A stretch of 64,000 bases of DNA from a bacterium (GTDB taxonomy: Bacteria; CG2-30-53-67; CG2-30-70-394): NCBI GenBank assembly GCA_036393335.1, contig DASWHD010000135.1:14405-78404 (forward strand). Reading direction: 5' to 3'. Positions 9,431 through 19,213 of the stretch are shown one piece after another. The notes under the pieces were generated by a model. It was not told the DNA's origin. It searched no databases and was given only the letters and a program-made list of their open reading frames with translations. Both the position numbers and the translations under genes were made by a program. How positions within the stretch are numbered: position 1 is the first letter of the stretch; every line of letters starts with the position of its first letter.

Positions 9431-10948
9431 TCACCGCTGGCGATCCAGGACCTTCCGGATCGCCTCGGTCATCTGCCGGATGCGATACGGCTTTTTCAGA
9501 AAGCCGATGGGGCCATGCGGGGTATCCGGTAGCTCCACGGTGCCGTGACTGGCGGAGAACAGAAATCGTACCGAGGGCGCGATGCAGCCCATCTCCCTGC
9601 AAAGATGGTCGCCGTCGATCCCCGGTGAGGAGAGGTCGAGGAGGACCAGGTCGATGGCGTCGTGGTGCGCGCGGAATAGTTGCAGTGCTTCGGTGGTATT
9701 ACAGGTGGCGATCGAGTTATATCCGGCCTGACCGAGGATCTTCTGGACCGTCTTACACACCACCTCATCCTCGTCCACGATGAGGATCGTTTCGCTGCCG
9801 CCGACCAAGCGCGAGGAGATTGACGGCGGGGGCGCGCTGGCCGGTGTCATCGGCCCGTTAGCGGCGGCCGGGAAAAGTAGCGTGAACGTTGTTCCTTCTT
9901 CTTCCTGGGTGAAGACGTCGACCGTGCCGCCGTGGTTTTCCACGACGGAACGCACCATGGCGAGACCGAGGCCGGTGCCGGCCGCCAGCGGCTTGGTGGT
10001 GAAGAATGGATCGAAGATCTTGCCCACCACCTCCTCGGAGATGCCCACGCCATTGTCCGAGATCGCAATCTCGATGTAGCGTCCCGGCTCCAGACCCTCT
10101 GCATTGTCGTCGGGCAGATACAGGGGACGGGTGGCGAACCCGAGCTTGCCGCCGTCGGGCATCGCCTCGCCCGCGTTGAGGGCGAGGCTGAGGATGACCT
10201 GGTGCAGTTGGCCTAGGTTGCCCTCGATCCGGGGTAGGTCTCGTGCGAGGTTGGTATCGATCTGAATCCGCGGTCCCAGGAGGCGCGGGATCTGGGCGGC
10301 CACTTCCCGTATCACCTGATTGAAGTCGATGGTGTGTCGGCGCGGGATGCGGCTCTCGGAGGCGGTACCGAGGAGCGCCCCGGTGAGCTCCGACGCGGAG
10401 GGTTGGGCCTGACGGTTCGGATCGTGGGCATGAGCCTTCTCCGTGGTGCGCATCGGATTGAGCAGCAGTGCACCGCGCTGCACCACGGTTTGGACCTGGT
10501 GGTGACCGTCGGTGAGCGCCGCCGCGGCCAGCCGGGCAAGCTCGGCGGCGTGACGGAATGCGGCGGCCTCCCGCCGTGCCTCGGCTAGCTCGGCGAGGAG
10601 CGGTGGTAGGAGCACCTTGCGCACCCCCGTGATGAACAGGCTACCGAGCCAGAATGCGCTCGCCAGGAGGAGGGCCGCCAGGACCCCTCCGGAAGGGAGC
10701 GGGGTGCCCAACTGTCGGCAGACGACGGGTAAGGTCACCAGGAGCACCGCGGTGAGGCAGCAGCCCAGGGCCGCACCGCGAGTGAGCAGTCGCGCCACTG
10801 GACGGGGGAGTTGGTCGTCGGGTAAGCGGCCGTCCATTGTCGATTTGCCAGTTGCCTGGGTTGACCCGTGTTCGAGAAAGCGCGGTAACAACGCTGCGAG
10901 GTCGGGATCGTCGGTCTGGAAATGAGCTGCCCGATGTCCTGCCAACAA
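9431..10948 (-). CDS. Membrane-anchored hybrid sensor histidine kinase (2 TM, HATPase_c, C-terminal REC)
   Basis: Two TM helices; G1/G2 boxes (DNGVGI, GTGLGLAMV); C-terminal receiver (ILIVDEDE...LLDLSSPGIDG...KKPY). Start may be the internal Met at 10837. Confidence 0.8.
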   Translation of the reverse strand: MLAGHRAAHFQTDDPDLAALLPRFLEHGSTQATGKSTMDGRLPDDQLPRPVARLLTRGAALGCCLTAVLLVTLPVVCRQLGTPLPSGGVLAALLLASAFWLGSLFITGVRKVLLPPLLAELAEARREAAAFRHAAELARLAAAALTDGHHQVQTVVQRGALLLNPMRTTEKAHAHDPNRQAQPSASELTGALLGTASESRIPRRHTIDFNQVIREVAAQIPRLLGPRIQIDTNLARDLPRIEGNLGQLHQVILSLALNAGEAMPDGGKLGFATRPLYLPDDNAEGLEPGRYIEIAISDNGVGISEEVVGKIFDPFFTTKPLAAGTGLGLAMVRSVVENHGGTVDVFTQEEEGTTFTLLFPAAANGPMTPASAPPPSISSRLVGGSETILIVDEDEVVCKTVQKILGQAGYNSIATCNTTEALQLFRAHHDAIDLVLLDLSSPGIDGDHLCREMGCIAPSVRFLFSASHGTVELPDTPHGPIGFLKKPYRIRQMTEAIRKVLDRQR

Positions 10949-11005
10949 GAGCCGAAGAAGGACTAGCCCGACGTCACCCGCGTACCCGCCGATGGAGGGT
11001 GGTTG

Positions 11006-11284
11006 CTAGTCCGATTGGGTCTTACGCAACTCCTCGTTTTCGCGCTTGGTTGCCTCGAGATCGAACAGCAGGTACTTGATGCCGAGTTGCAGGTTACCGA
11101 GCTGCCCGAGGGCCTGTGCGGTCGCCTTGCGCATCTGTTTGTGCAGGCGTTCGGTGGCATCCGCCAGCTGCTCCAGCTCCGCGCGCTTCTCTTCTGGGAG
11201 ACACTGGATCTCCTTGCGCAACAGGGCCAACTTGTCCTCGAAATCGCTTGGCCTGTTGTCGTTGTCCGGATTATGGGGCTCCAT
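11006..11284 (-). CDS. Small coiled-coil hypothetical protein (92 aa)
   Basis: Strong GC3 codon bias and heptad-like charged sequence; no family recognised. Confidence 0.4.
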   Translation of the reverse strand: MEPHNPDNDNRPSDFEDKLALLRKEIQCLPEEKRAELEQLADATERLHKQMRKATAQALGQLGNLQLGIKYLLFDLEATKRENEELRKTQSD

Positions 11285-11586
11285 GGCGCGCTCCTGGGGC
11301 AGGGTCGGTAGGTGGCATCGTCGGAATGGAATCGCTTGCGGCGCCCGTGAGCTGCGCTGACGCAGGCGTTGTCTCTAGGGAACTTCCTCTCAATTCGCGT
11401 GCCACCTGGCCCTGATTGCCTTGATGGATGTAACTAATTGAAAATGCGTACTATGCGTTTTGCTGCTGCATTTTTGTCTGACCCAGTTTGAGACGCCGAA
11501 TGGCAGTCAGGGTTCTCAATTTGAAACGATTACGATATCGATGGTTATAGCCAGAAGGTCATGTTGACTCTAATTGGAATCACGGC

Positions 11587-12345
11587 ATGCTTTTTATCCC
11601 CGCAATCGATCTCAAAGAGGGCCGCTGCGTGCGCCTGCTGCAGGGCCGGATGGATCAGGCCACGGTCTTTTCCGACGACCCGGCTGGTCAGGCCGTCACC
11701 TGGATGGAGGCGGGTGCACCCTATCTCCACTTGGTCGATCTCGACGGTGCCGTCGAGGGGGTGCCGCGTAACCTGGATGCGGTGCGCCAGATTCTTGCCA
11801 CCGTCTCCATCCCGGTGGAGCTGGGTGGAGGGATCCGCGACCTCGACCGGATCGAGGCCCTCCTCGCCGAGGGTCTTGATCGGGTGATTCTCGGGACCGT
11901 CGCGGCGCGGGAGCCGCACTTGGTGCGTGCCGCGTGCCGCGCCTTCCCAGGCCGTATCGCCGTGAGTATCGATGCCCGGGACGGTCGGGTCGCGGTGCGC
12001 GGCTGGGTGGAGGTGACCGATCTGGACGCCGTGGAGCTGGCCAAGCGACTCGCGGACGCCGGAGTGAGCGCGTTCATCTACACGGACATCAACCGTGACG
12101 GCATGATGCAGGGGCACAACGTCGCGGCCACGGAGGCGTTTGCCGCCGCCATCGGCGTCGGGGTGATCGCGTCGGGAGGGATCGCCTCGCTGGACGATGT
12201 GCGTGCGATCCTGCCCCTGGCGAAGGTTGGGGTGGTAGGGATGATCTCCGGTCGCGCGCTGTATGATGGCGCCCTCGACGTGCGCATGGCGGTGGACGTG
12301 TGCCGGGTGGTCTCGGGGGTGCAGAAATCGGCTGGAGGGGTGTAG
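11587..12345 (+). CDS. hisA: ProFAR isomerase HisA
   Basis: [17 protein letters not shown]... with the HisA (beta/alpha)8 signature; follows a ~300 bp AT-richer promoter region. Confidence 0.9.
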   Translation: MLFIPAIDLKEGRCVRLLQGRMDQATVFSDDPAGQAVTWMEAGAPYLHLVDLDGAVEGVPRNLDAVRQILATVSIPVELGGGIRDLDRIEALLAEGLDRVILGTVAAREPHLVRAACRAFPGRIAVSIDARDGRVAVRGWVEVTDLDAVELAKRLADAGVSAFIYTDINRDGMMQGHNVAATEAFAAAIGVGVIASGGIASLDDVRAILPLAKVGVVGMISGRALYDGALDVRMAVDVCRVVSGVQKSAGGV

Positions 12346-12418
12346 AAGGAGGCCTGCGGGTGAGCGACGGGCTGGGGTCGCCGATCATCGGAGTCTTTGC
12401 GTACGGCTGGAGCAGGAC

Positions 12419-13195
12419 ATGCTGAACAAACGGATTATCCCGTGTCTCGACGTGACCAACGGACGCGTAGTCAAGGGGGTGAACTTCGTCGATCTGCGGG
12501 ATGCGGGGGACCCGGTCGAGGTGGCGGAGCGCTACGACGCGGAGGGGGCGGACGAACTGACCTTTCTCGACATCACGGCGACTCACGAGGGACGGGACAC
12601 CATCTTGGAGATCATCGAGGCGACCGCGGAGCGGGTCTTCATGCCTCTCACCGTGGGTGGCGGCGTGCGCAACTTGGACGACATCCGCGCCTTGCTCCAG
12701 GCGGGGGCGGACAAGGTGTCGATCAACTCGGCGGCGGTGCGCAATCCCGACTTCATCCGAGCGGCGGCGGAACGGTTCGGCTCCCAGTGCATCGTCGTGG
12801 CCATCGACGCAAAGCGGGTGAGCGATACTCCGCCGCGCTGGGAGATCTTTACCCACGGGGGGCGGCGGCCTACCGGGATCGATGCCCTGGAGTGGGCGGA
12901 ACGCATGGAGGCCTACGGTGCCGGGGAGTTCCTGGTCACGAGCATGGACCGGGATGGGACCAAGATCGGCTACGACAACGAGCTCAACCACGCGATCTCC
13001 AGCCGCGCGCGGGTGCCCCTGATCGCATCGGGGGGGGCGGGCAACCTGGAGCATCTCTATGACGGCTTCGTTGAGGGGGGCGCCGATGCGGTGCTCGCCG
13101 CCTCGATCTTCCATTACCAGCAATACACCATCGGCGAGGCCAAGGCCTACCTGGCGGAGCGCGGAGTCCCGGTTCGTATTTTGGAGCAACGATGA
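12419..13195 (+). CDS. hisF: Imidazole glycerol phosphate synthase cyclase subunit HisF
   Basis: [23 protein letters not shown]... is the canonical HisF N-terminus; start is the internal ATG of the longer ORF. Confidence 0.9.
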   Translation: MLNKRIIPCLDVTNGRVVKGVNFVDLRDAGDPVEVAERYDAEGADELTFLDITATHEGRDTILEIIEATAERVFMPLTVGGGVRNLDDIRALLQAGADKVSINSAAVRNPDFIRAAAERFGSQCIVVAIDAKRVSDTPPRWEIFTHGGRRPTGIDALEWAERMEAYGAGEFLVTSMDRDGTKIGYDNELNHAISSRARVPLIASGGAGNLEHLYDGFVEGGADAVLAASIFHYQQYTIGEAKAYLAERGVPVRILEQR

Positions 13196-13902
13196 GTTGG
13201 CTTGATGCGGTGAAATTCAACGCCCAGGGGCTGGTGCCAGCGATCGTTCAAGACGCGGACAATGGTGAGGTCCTGATGCTTGCCTACTGCAACCGCGAGG
13301 CGGCGGAGCTCACCGCCGATACTGGCTTCACTCACTTCTACTCCCGCTCCCGGCAGAAGCTGTGGAAGAAGGGGGAGTCCTCGGGTCACCTCCAGGCGGT
13401 ACGCGAGATCCGCTACGACTGTGACGCGGATACCCTGCTCTTCCGGGTCGAGCAGGCGGTCGCCGCCTGCCACACCGGCCGCCGGAGCTGTTTCTTCAAC
13501 CGGGTCACGGACGGACAGGCCGAGGCGGTCGGAGAGTCGCTATTCGATCCGGTGCAGGTGTACGGCGGGGCGCCGGCGCCTGGGGAGGTGCTGGATGCCT
13601 TGGCGCGGGTGATCGCCGATCGCCGCGCCGCGGACCCGGCATCATCCTACGTCGCCAGCCTATTTTCCGGGGGTGCCAATACCATCGGTGCCAAGCTCCG
13701 TGAAGAGGCGGCAGAGCTGGCGGAGGCGGTCGCACAAGGCGATGAGGTCGCCATGGTGCACGAAGCCGCGGACCTCCTGTTTCACGCCTTGGTCGCGCTC
13801 GGCAGCCGGGGACTCGATCTGCAGTCGGTGCTGGCGGAGCTCAGTGGACGGTTTGGGACGTCGGGCCAGGCGGAGAAGGCCGCACGTGCTCCCGGCGAAT
13901 AG
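13192..13902 (+). CDS. hisI: Bifunctional phosphoribosyl-AMP cyclohydrolase / phosphoribosyl-ATP pyrophosphatase HisIE
   Basis: ATGA overlap with hisF. The N-terminal HisI domain (VPAIVQD...CHTG) is followed by a HisE domain ([11 protein letters not shown]...HEAADLLFH). Confidence 0.9.
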   Translation: MSWLDAVKFNAQGLVPAIVQDADNGEVLMLAYCNREAAELTADTGFTHFYSRSRQKLWKKGESSGHLQAVREIRYDCDADTLLFRVEQAVAACHTGRRSCFFNRVTDGQAEAVGESLFDPVQVYGGAPAPGEVLDALARVIADRRAADPASSYVASLFSGGANTIGAKLREEAAELAEAVAQGDEVAMVHEAADLLFHALVALGSRGLDLQSVLAELSGRFGTSGQAEKAARAPGE

Positions 13903-14035
13903 CCGGTCGGCGCGTCACCGTGATGGGTGGCATGGGAAGGATGGAGATTCGCCGGTGCTCGCCGAAAAGGGGAGAGGGGCCGTGTGCCTGGCGGGGCACG
14001 GGCGGGATCCGGTGGCAACGGATCAGGAAGGCTCA

Positions 14036-14485
14036 ATGGGCGGCACCGTGACGGGGAAGCGCATTCTTGTGGTGGACGACAACCGGGGGAATGCCGCGCT
14101 GCTCGCGACCTACCTGCGCAAGTCGGGGCACCGCGTATCCCTGGCCTACGATGGCTCCGCGGCCCTCGATGCCCTGCGCGAGAGTCCTCCCGACTTGATG
14201 ATCCTCGACGTGCGGATGCCCGGAATGAGTGGCTATGAGGTGCTCGAGGCGATCAACGCCGAGCCCGCCATCGGCTCCCGGCCGGTCCTGATGTTGACCG
14301 CGCTCAATCAGCCCCACAATCGGCAGCGTGCCGTGGAGCTCGGGGTCGATGACTTCCTCAGCAAACCGGTGAGCAAGCTCGACTTTCTCCACCGGGTGGA
14401 AGCGCTGCTCGAGGTCGCGGAGCTACCCAGTGGTCTTCAACGCACCCTCGCGTATTGCGAGGCGTTGGACCGACTCCGCGCATAG
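14036..14485 (+). CDS. CheY-like single-domain response regulator
   Basis: KRILVVDDN...LMILDVRMPGMSGYEV...LTALNQ...KP are the canonical REC motifs; start is the internal ATG of the 270-aa ORF. Confidence 0.8.
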   Translation: MGGTVTGKRILVVDDNRGNAALLATYLRKSGHRVSLAYDGSAALDALRESPPDLMILDVRMPGMSGYEVLEAINAEPAIGSRPVLMLTALNQPHNRQRAVELGVDDFLSKPVSKLDFLHRVEALLEVAELPSGLQRTLAYCEALDRLRA

Positions 14486-14648
14486 TCAGGCTTCCTCCAA
14501 AGTGGGTCTGGCGAGCGCGACAGCGATCCACACCGTCGAACGAGCCCCTCGCCATGCCGCCGCGTGCCTATCCGGACCGTCTTGCCGCTGAGCCGGCAAC
14601 TCCGCAGCACCGGCTCTCGCGACCGCCACCGGTGAGCGACGAGGTGAG

Positions 14649-15575
14649 CTACAGCGTCACGTCACCGAACAGGCTTGCCAGCATCGGCGCCGCGTCGTCC
14701 ATCGCCTCCTCGACGGCGGCGAAGCTCGCCTCGTCCGACATGAGGTGGCGGTACGTGCGGAGGTCTCCCTCTTGGGCGGTGGCCGTGGACAGCATGAGGC
14801 GGCGCTCCGAGCAGCGGTCCGCGATCTGTACCACCAATGGCAGAATGTCCGTAGCCGGCGGCTGGGGCACAACCTCATGAGGATCCCCACCCATCCATGT
14901 GGCCATCGGGCTGCGTCGCGGCTCTTGATGGTGGCCGGAGATCACGGCTTTCTGTTCGTCGGATAGCCGCCACTGTGTGGCGAGGGAACGCCCGAGGATG
15001 GTGTGGTCGACCCCGAAGCGTTCTCGTTCAAGCTGACAGAGGGGACGACTCGCCGGGAGAAGGGGCGTCTGCCCATCCAGGTTCTCCGCGGCGCCCTCCA
15101 TCAGCAACATGCCGATGTCATGCAGCAGACCGGCGGTGAAGGCGTCACCCTCGCGTGCCGGCTCATGCTGCTTCATCAGGTATGCGGCGCCGAACGCAGT
15201 CTCCAGGCCATGGAGACAGAAGGTAATGCCTTTGACGCCGTACACCACCATTTCCTCTTTGGCGGCCTTGGTAAAGAAGGCCTGGGCGAGGGCCAGGGCA
15301 CGAATCCGGCTGAGGCCGAGCAACGGCACAGCGCGACTGATGTCCGATACCGGCGACGGTAAGGCAAAGATTGCCGAGTTGACCCACTGGAGCACCTGGG
15401 CGGCGAGCGCCGGCTCGCTACCCAGAATGCTGGCGATCTGCTTCGAGGGGACCTCCAATTGCGGATCGGAGGTAAGGTCGAGGAGGCGGCGCGCCGCAGC
15501 GGACGGGGCCATCAGATGGGCCTGGCGTTCCACGAGGCGATCGATCTGGGCAGGGGAGAGGAGGGTGGCAGGCAT
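14649..15575 (-). CDS. HDOD domain protein
   Basis: HDOD signatures (LPSPVSDISRAVPLLG, LLHDIGMLLM, VDHTILGRSL). The ORF upstream of MPATLL is Arg-rich overlap with the next gene, so the start is set at MPATLL. The start coordinate is +/-1 nt uncertain: my reading of the homopolymer near 15598-15601 disagrees with the ORF track frame. Confidence 0.65.
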   Translation of the reverse strand: MPATLLSPAQIDRLVERQAHLMAPSAAARRLLDLTSDPQLEVPSKQIASILGSEPALAAQVLQWVNSAIFALPSPVSDISRAVPLLGLSRIRALALAQAFFTKAAKEEMVVYGVKGITFCLHGLETAFGAAYLMKQHEPAREGDAFTAGLLHDIGMLLMEGAAENLDGQTPLLPASRPLCQLERERFGVDHTILGRSLATQWRLSDEQKAVISGHHQEPRRSPMATWMGGDPHEVVPQPPATDILPLVVQIADRCSERRLMLSTATAQEGDLRTYRHLMSDEASFAAVEEAMDDAAPMLASLFGDVTL

Positions 15576-15631
15576 GGCTCTCTTCCAGAAGAAAATGATT
15601 TGCTTGTCTGTTCGGTCTCTTGCCGGCGTAG

Positions 15632-16576
15632 CTAAATCCATGCGGGCAAGAATGGGTCGACCGGGCAACCCTTGGTGACCGAGGTCACCGGCTGTGCCGT
15701 TCGCTCTCTCGTATCGGTAACGGCTGCGAACCGGCCAACGGGCCGTCCCCTTTGCGTGAGATCCTCGTGCCAGGCAGGGAGTCGACGGCGCAGGAATTCG
15801 ATGGCACCGGCATCGGCGCCCGTGAAGCGCACGTCGATCCGGCCGTCGCTGGCCGTCAGAGTGCTTTCCAATGTACCGAGGGCCGCCAGCACAAGGTGCA
15901 GCCTCACGCTTGTCCTCTCCCGCCCGGCACGCCCGTCGCCCTTGCGGCGATCGACGGCGATTTGCACCTGCACGAAGGGGTCCCGGGCAGGGAGGGGCAC
16001 GACCTGGGGTGGAGGGGTCGTGGACGAGGCGTCGTGGGTCGGCACGACGGTGGGTGGCGCGGGAGGGCGTTCCGCCGTCTCTCTTCCCATGGTCGCAGCC
16101 TCTGGACCGCGATCCAATGATGGGCCGGGCGGCGGAGTCGCCGGTGATGGTGTGGCCGGGCGGCTGGTGCGCGTCGGTCCAGCACCCGGTGCAGGGGCGC
16201 CACGGTGCTCCGCCGACATCCGTAGTGGTGGCATGTTCGGGGATCTTCTGGCCTGGCTGGATCGCGAGTCGGGCGCCACACCCCGGCGCACCGGCGCCTC
16301 CGGCCGCACCAGGCGTAGCTGAAGTCGTGGCCACCGGCGCGTCACCTCTACCTCGATCTCCGCCGTTCGTGGGGCCGGTCCATCCCACCGGGCGCGCACC
16401 ACTACCTCCCCGATCTCCAGCAGGAGCTCCTGCCGCGGGAGGACCTGTACCACCCGGGCGAGCCAGCGGGTGCCGACCGCGAGGTCGGCAAGCGTCGTCT
16501 CTCCGGCGGGCACGGCCTGCGTGGCCGGGACGGCTGCCCAGTGCAAACACTTCACGGCGGGGGGGATACCGGCCAT
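15632..16576 (-). CDS. FliK-like flagellar hook-length control protein (Pro-rich linker plus C-terminal Flg_hook-like domain)
   Basis: The C-terminus (VRLHLVLAALGTLESTLTASDGRIDVRFTGADAGAIEFLRRRLPAWHEDLTQRG) matches the Flg_hook pattern L.L.P..LG...V....DG...V.F.......L...LP.L...L...G. The central Pro/Thr/Ser-rich region and the location beside the flagellar genes agree. Confidence 0.5.
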   Translation of the reverse strand: MAGIPPAVKCLHWAAVPATQAVPAGETTLADLAVGTRWLARVVQVLPRQELLLEIGEVVVRARWDGPAPRTAEIEVEVTRRWPRLQLRLVRPEAPVRRGVAPDSRSSQARRSPNMPPLRMSAEHRGAPAPGAGPTRTSRPATPSPATPPPGPSLDRGPEAATMGRETAERPPAPPTVVPTHDASSTTPPPQVVPLPARDPFVQVQIAVDRRKGDGRAGRERTSVRLHLVLAALGTLESTLTASDGRIDVRFTGADAGAIEFLRRRLPAWHEDLTQRGRPVGRFAAVTDTRERTAQPVTSVTKGCPVDPFLPAWI

Positions 16577-16716
16577 CCCTCTCTTATCGCCGTTCCGACG
16601 GATTTCTCATCCGTGGGCCACCCGAAAAAAAGAGGGAAATTTGACGCGCCGCCGGGAGGGGCGACAGGAAATCGACTCCCCCGCCCTTCCCCGCGGGGCG
16701 CTTCTTGCCGTGGAGG

Positions 16717-16735
16717 GCCGGCAAGAGTTGCCGGC
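16717..16735. promoter_or_regulatory. Perfect palindrome GCCGGCAA-gag-TTGCCGGC in the divergent fliK-like / flgF intergenic region
   Basis: 8-bp arms with a 3-bp spacer, ~100 bp upstream of the sigma-54 promoter; a candidate dimeric regulator site (e.g. for an enhancer-binding protein). Confidence 0.35.
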
Positions 16736-16832
16736 GGCTTGGCCACAGCGGGTGGGTAACTCCCTGTCGTATCGGAGAGAAACCCATTGGAGGTCCGATG
16801 GATCTCGGGCCCGTGTGGCGGTTTTTTTGGTA

Positions 16833-16848
16833 TGGCATAACGCTTGCT
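16833..16848 (+). promoter_or_regulatory. Sigma-54 (RpoN) -24/-12 promoter: TGGCAT-N5-TTGCT
   Basis: TGGCATAACGCTTGCT fits the TGGCAC-N5-TTGCW consensus with correct GG-N10-GC spacing; it lies ~55 bp upstream of the flgF start. Confidence 0.5.
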
Positions 16849-16902
16849 CCAAGGCGACGACAGGCGCTGCCTCGTCGTGCATCCGTCGCCTCGGATTTCT
16901 CT

Positions 16903-17619
16903 ATGAACGCCATCTTCCTCGGACTCACCGGTGCCTCTGCCAGAGAGCGGCAGGTCGAGGTCATGGCCAACAACCTGGCGAACGTCTCCACCAGCGGCTT
17001 TAAGGGCGATCGTCTCCGGTTCGAGTCGGTCCTGCTTGCTGAGGAGGGTGCCGCCGGGGTGAAGGTCGCGGCGACCGTCCCCGACCTCAGCGACGGATCG
17101 TTGATCGCCACCGGCCGAGCCCTGGACGTCGCCCTTCAGGGCGGCGGGCTGATGGCGGTCCGCGGGCCGGCAGGGGAGCGGTTCGTGCGCGGCGGCTCGT
17201 TGATGATCGACACCGACGGTAAGCTCGCCCTCACCACGGGGGAGGTGGTGATCGCGGAGACCGGCCGGTCCCTGGAGGTGGGACGGGGCAATGAGGAGCG
17301 GGTGGCGTACACCGGCGACGGTGAAGTGCTGGTCGACGGGGTCTCCGTGGGGCGCCTGCGCCTGCGTATCTTCGCCGAGCCGGAGGCCCTGGTGCGGGAG
17401 GGCGCCGGGCGGTTCCGCGCACCACCCGAGGCGGGTGCGCAGAAAGGTACGGTGCACGTGCACGGCGCCACCCTCGAGCGCGCCAACACCGACGTGACCC
17501 GGGGCCTGGTGGAGATGATCCGCCTGCAACGCGCCTACGAGGTGCAGGTCGAGGCCATGCATCAGCGAGACGGGATCACCCGCACCACGATCGAGGAAGT
17601 AGGCCAGATCGGCCGTTAG
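16903..17619 (+). CDS. flgF: Flagellar basal-body rod protein FlgF
   Basis: N-terminal rod motif (MANNLANVSTSGFK) and C-terminal rod motif (RLQRAYEVQ); ~240 aa; precedes flgG. Confidence 0.8.
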   Translation: MNAIFLGLTGASARERQVEVMANNLANVSTSGFKGDRLRFESVLLAEEGAAGVKVAATVPDLSDGSLIATGRALDVALQGGGLMAVRGPAGERFVRGGSLMIDTDGKLALTTGEVVIAETGRSLEVGRGNEERVAYTGDGEVLVDGVSVGRLRLRIFAEPEALVREGAGRFRAPPEAGAQKGTVHVHGATLERANTDVTRGLVEMIRLQRAYEVQVEAMHQRDGITRTTIEEVGQIGR

Positions 17620-17639
17620 CCGCAAGGTAAGGAGCCACG

Positions 17640-18428
17640 ATGATCCGCGCGCTATTCACCGCCGCCACCGGCATGGAGGCACAGCAGCTCAATATCGACA
17701 CCATCGCCCACAACCTGGCGAACGCCAACACCACCGGGTTCAAGCGCGGGCGCGCCGACTTTCAAGACCTCCTCTACCAGACGGTCACCGCACCGGGCAC
17801 CGCTTCCTCCGCGTCGACGGAGGTGCCGGCCGGTCTGCAGGTCGGCCTCGGGGTGAAGCCGGCGGCGGTGGGTAAGATCTTCGCCCAGGGAGACTTTCGC
17901 AACACCGGCGGCGACCTCGACCTGGCCATCGAGGGGGATGGCTTCTTTCAGGTGGTGCAGCCGAACGGGGAGATCGCCTACAGCCGCGCCGGCGCCCTGA
18001 AGCGCGATAGCACCGGCCAGCTCGTCACCAGCAACGGCTACCTGTTGGAGCCCGCGATCACCCTGCCGGATGACGCCACCTCCGTGACCATCGCCTCCGA
18101 CGGGACGGTCTCGGTCCTCCAGGGCGGGTCGACGACCACCACCATAGTCGGCACGATCGAGCTGGCGGTGTTCCCCAACCCCCAGGGGCTGAACGCGATC
18201 GGTCGCAACCTGTTCGTCGCGAGCGACAGCTCCGGCGATGCCATCACCGGCGTGCCCGGCGAGTCGGGTATCGGCACCCTGAGCCAGGGCTTTCTTGAGA
18301 TCTCCAACGTGTCGATCGCCGAGGAGCTGGTGAACATGATCATGAGTCAGCGCGCCTTCGAGGTGAACTCCAAGTCGATCCAGGCGGCGAACGAAATGCT
18401 GCAGACCACCAACAATCTGATCCGGTAG
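17640..18428 (+). CDS. flgG: Flagellar distal rod protein FlgG
   Basis: [36 protein letters not shown]...[13 protein letters not shown] is the canonical FlgG; 262 aa; RBS AAGGTAAGGAG. Confidence 0.9.
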   Translation: MIRALFTAATGMEAQQLNIDTIAHNLANANTTGFKRGRADFQDLLYQTVTAPGTASSASTEVPAGLQVGLGVKPAAVGKIFAQGDFRNTGGDLDLAIEGDGFFQVVQPNGEIAYSRAGALKRDSTGQLVTSNGYLLEPAITLPDDATSVTIASDGTVSVLQGGSTTTTIVGTIELAVFPNPQGLNAIGRNLFVASDSSGDAITGVPGESGIGTLSQGFLEISNVSIAEELVNMIMSQRAFEVNSKSIQAANEMLQTTNNLIR

Positions 18429-18434
18429 CCGATC

Positions 18435-19190
18435 ATGGCCAGTGCGATCCCTCCTACGATCAGACCCAAGTGGGCCATGGTGGTGACGCTGGTGGCCACG
18501 CTCGTCACGACCGTGGGTGGGCCATGGCCCGCACTCGGTGCCGATGGCGTGCGGGGCCTCGCGGCGGCGGAGGTCCGCAAGCTGGTAGAGCGTTACGTCG
18601 ACGAGCGGCTTGCCGGCTCGGACGACCGCTGGCGGGTGGGCGCGATCCGGGTGAGCGGTGATCCGCAGGTGCCGACGGGTCCGCTGACGATGTCCGTCTC
18701 CCACGGCCGTGGCGTGGAGCTCGTCGGCCCCACGGTCCTGCACCTGGTGGTAAAGGGCCCAGGGGGCTACCAGCGCCGCTTGCGGGTCACGACGGTGATC
18801 GATCGCGACACCCGGGTGCTGGTGGCACGGCGTGATCTGGAGCGCGGCGCCGTGCTCGATAAAGAGGACGTGGGCACCGACTATCGGCCACTGCGTTCCC
18901 TGCCCAACGACGCCACCGCAACGCCGGATGCGGTGATCGCCAAGCAGCTCATCCGCCCGGTGTCGGCGGGCGCCGTGCTGCGGGCCAGTCTGCTCACCAC
19001 CGTACCGGTCGTCAGCCGTGGCGCCCAGGTCTCCCTGGTCGCGAGGCGTGGTGCCCTGCGCATCACGACCCCCGGGATCGTCCGGAAAGACGGCGGTGCC
19101 GGAGAGATGGTGTCGGTGGTCAACCCGGCATCGGGCCAGGTGGTCAACGGACGGGTTGTGGACGGTAAGACCGTGGAGGTGATGTTTTGA
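18435..19190 (+). CDS. flgA: Flagellar P-ring assembly chaperone FlgA
   Basis: Signal peptide plus a C-terminal SAF/FlgA domain (RPVSAGAVLRASLL...GEMVSVVNPASGQVVNGRVV); position between flgG and flgH. Confidence 0.75.
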   Translation: MASAIPPTIRPKWAMVVTLVATLVTTVGGPWPALGADGVRGLAAAEVRKLVERYVDERLAGSDDRWRVGAIRVSGDPQVPTGPLTMSVSHGRGVELVGPTVLHLVVKGPGGYQRRLRVTTVIDRDTRVLVARRDLERGAVLDKEDVGTDYRPLRSLPNDATATPDAVIAKQLIRPVSAGAVLRASLLTTVPVVSRGAQVSLVARRGALRITTPGIVRKDGGAGEMVSVVNPASGQVVNGRVVDGKTVEVMF

Positions 19191-19213
19191 TCGGGTTGTC
19201 GAAGGCGTGGCCA

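Noticed and set aside
11385-11420. Sigma-54 promoter upstream of hisA (TGCCAC...TTGCC)
   Set aside because: The GG-N10-GC spacing rule is not met (8 nt), and his operons are not expected to be RpoN-dependent.
15576-16550. N-terminal 325 aa of the 633-aa ORF 14649-16550 (and similar 5' extensions of ORFs 27594-29309 and 59440-61302)
   Set aside because: These upstream portions are Arg-rich with no domain and overlap the neighbouring gene in another frame; the recognisable protein begins at an internal start (MPATLL, MSKSLDYLIQ, or TTG after the upstream stop).
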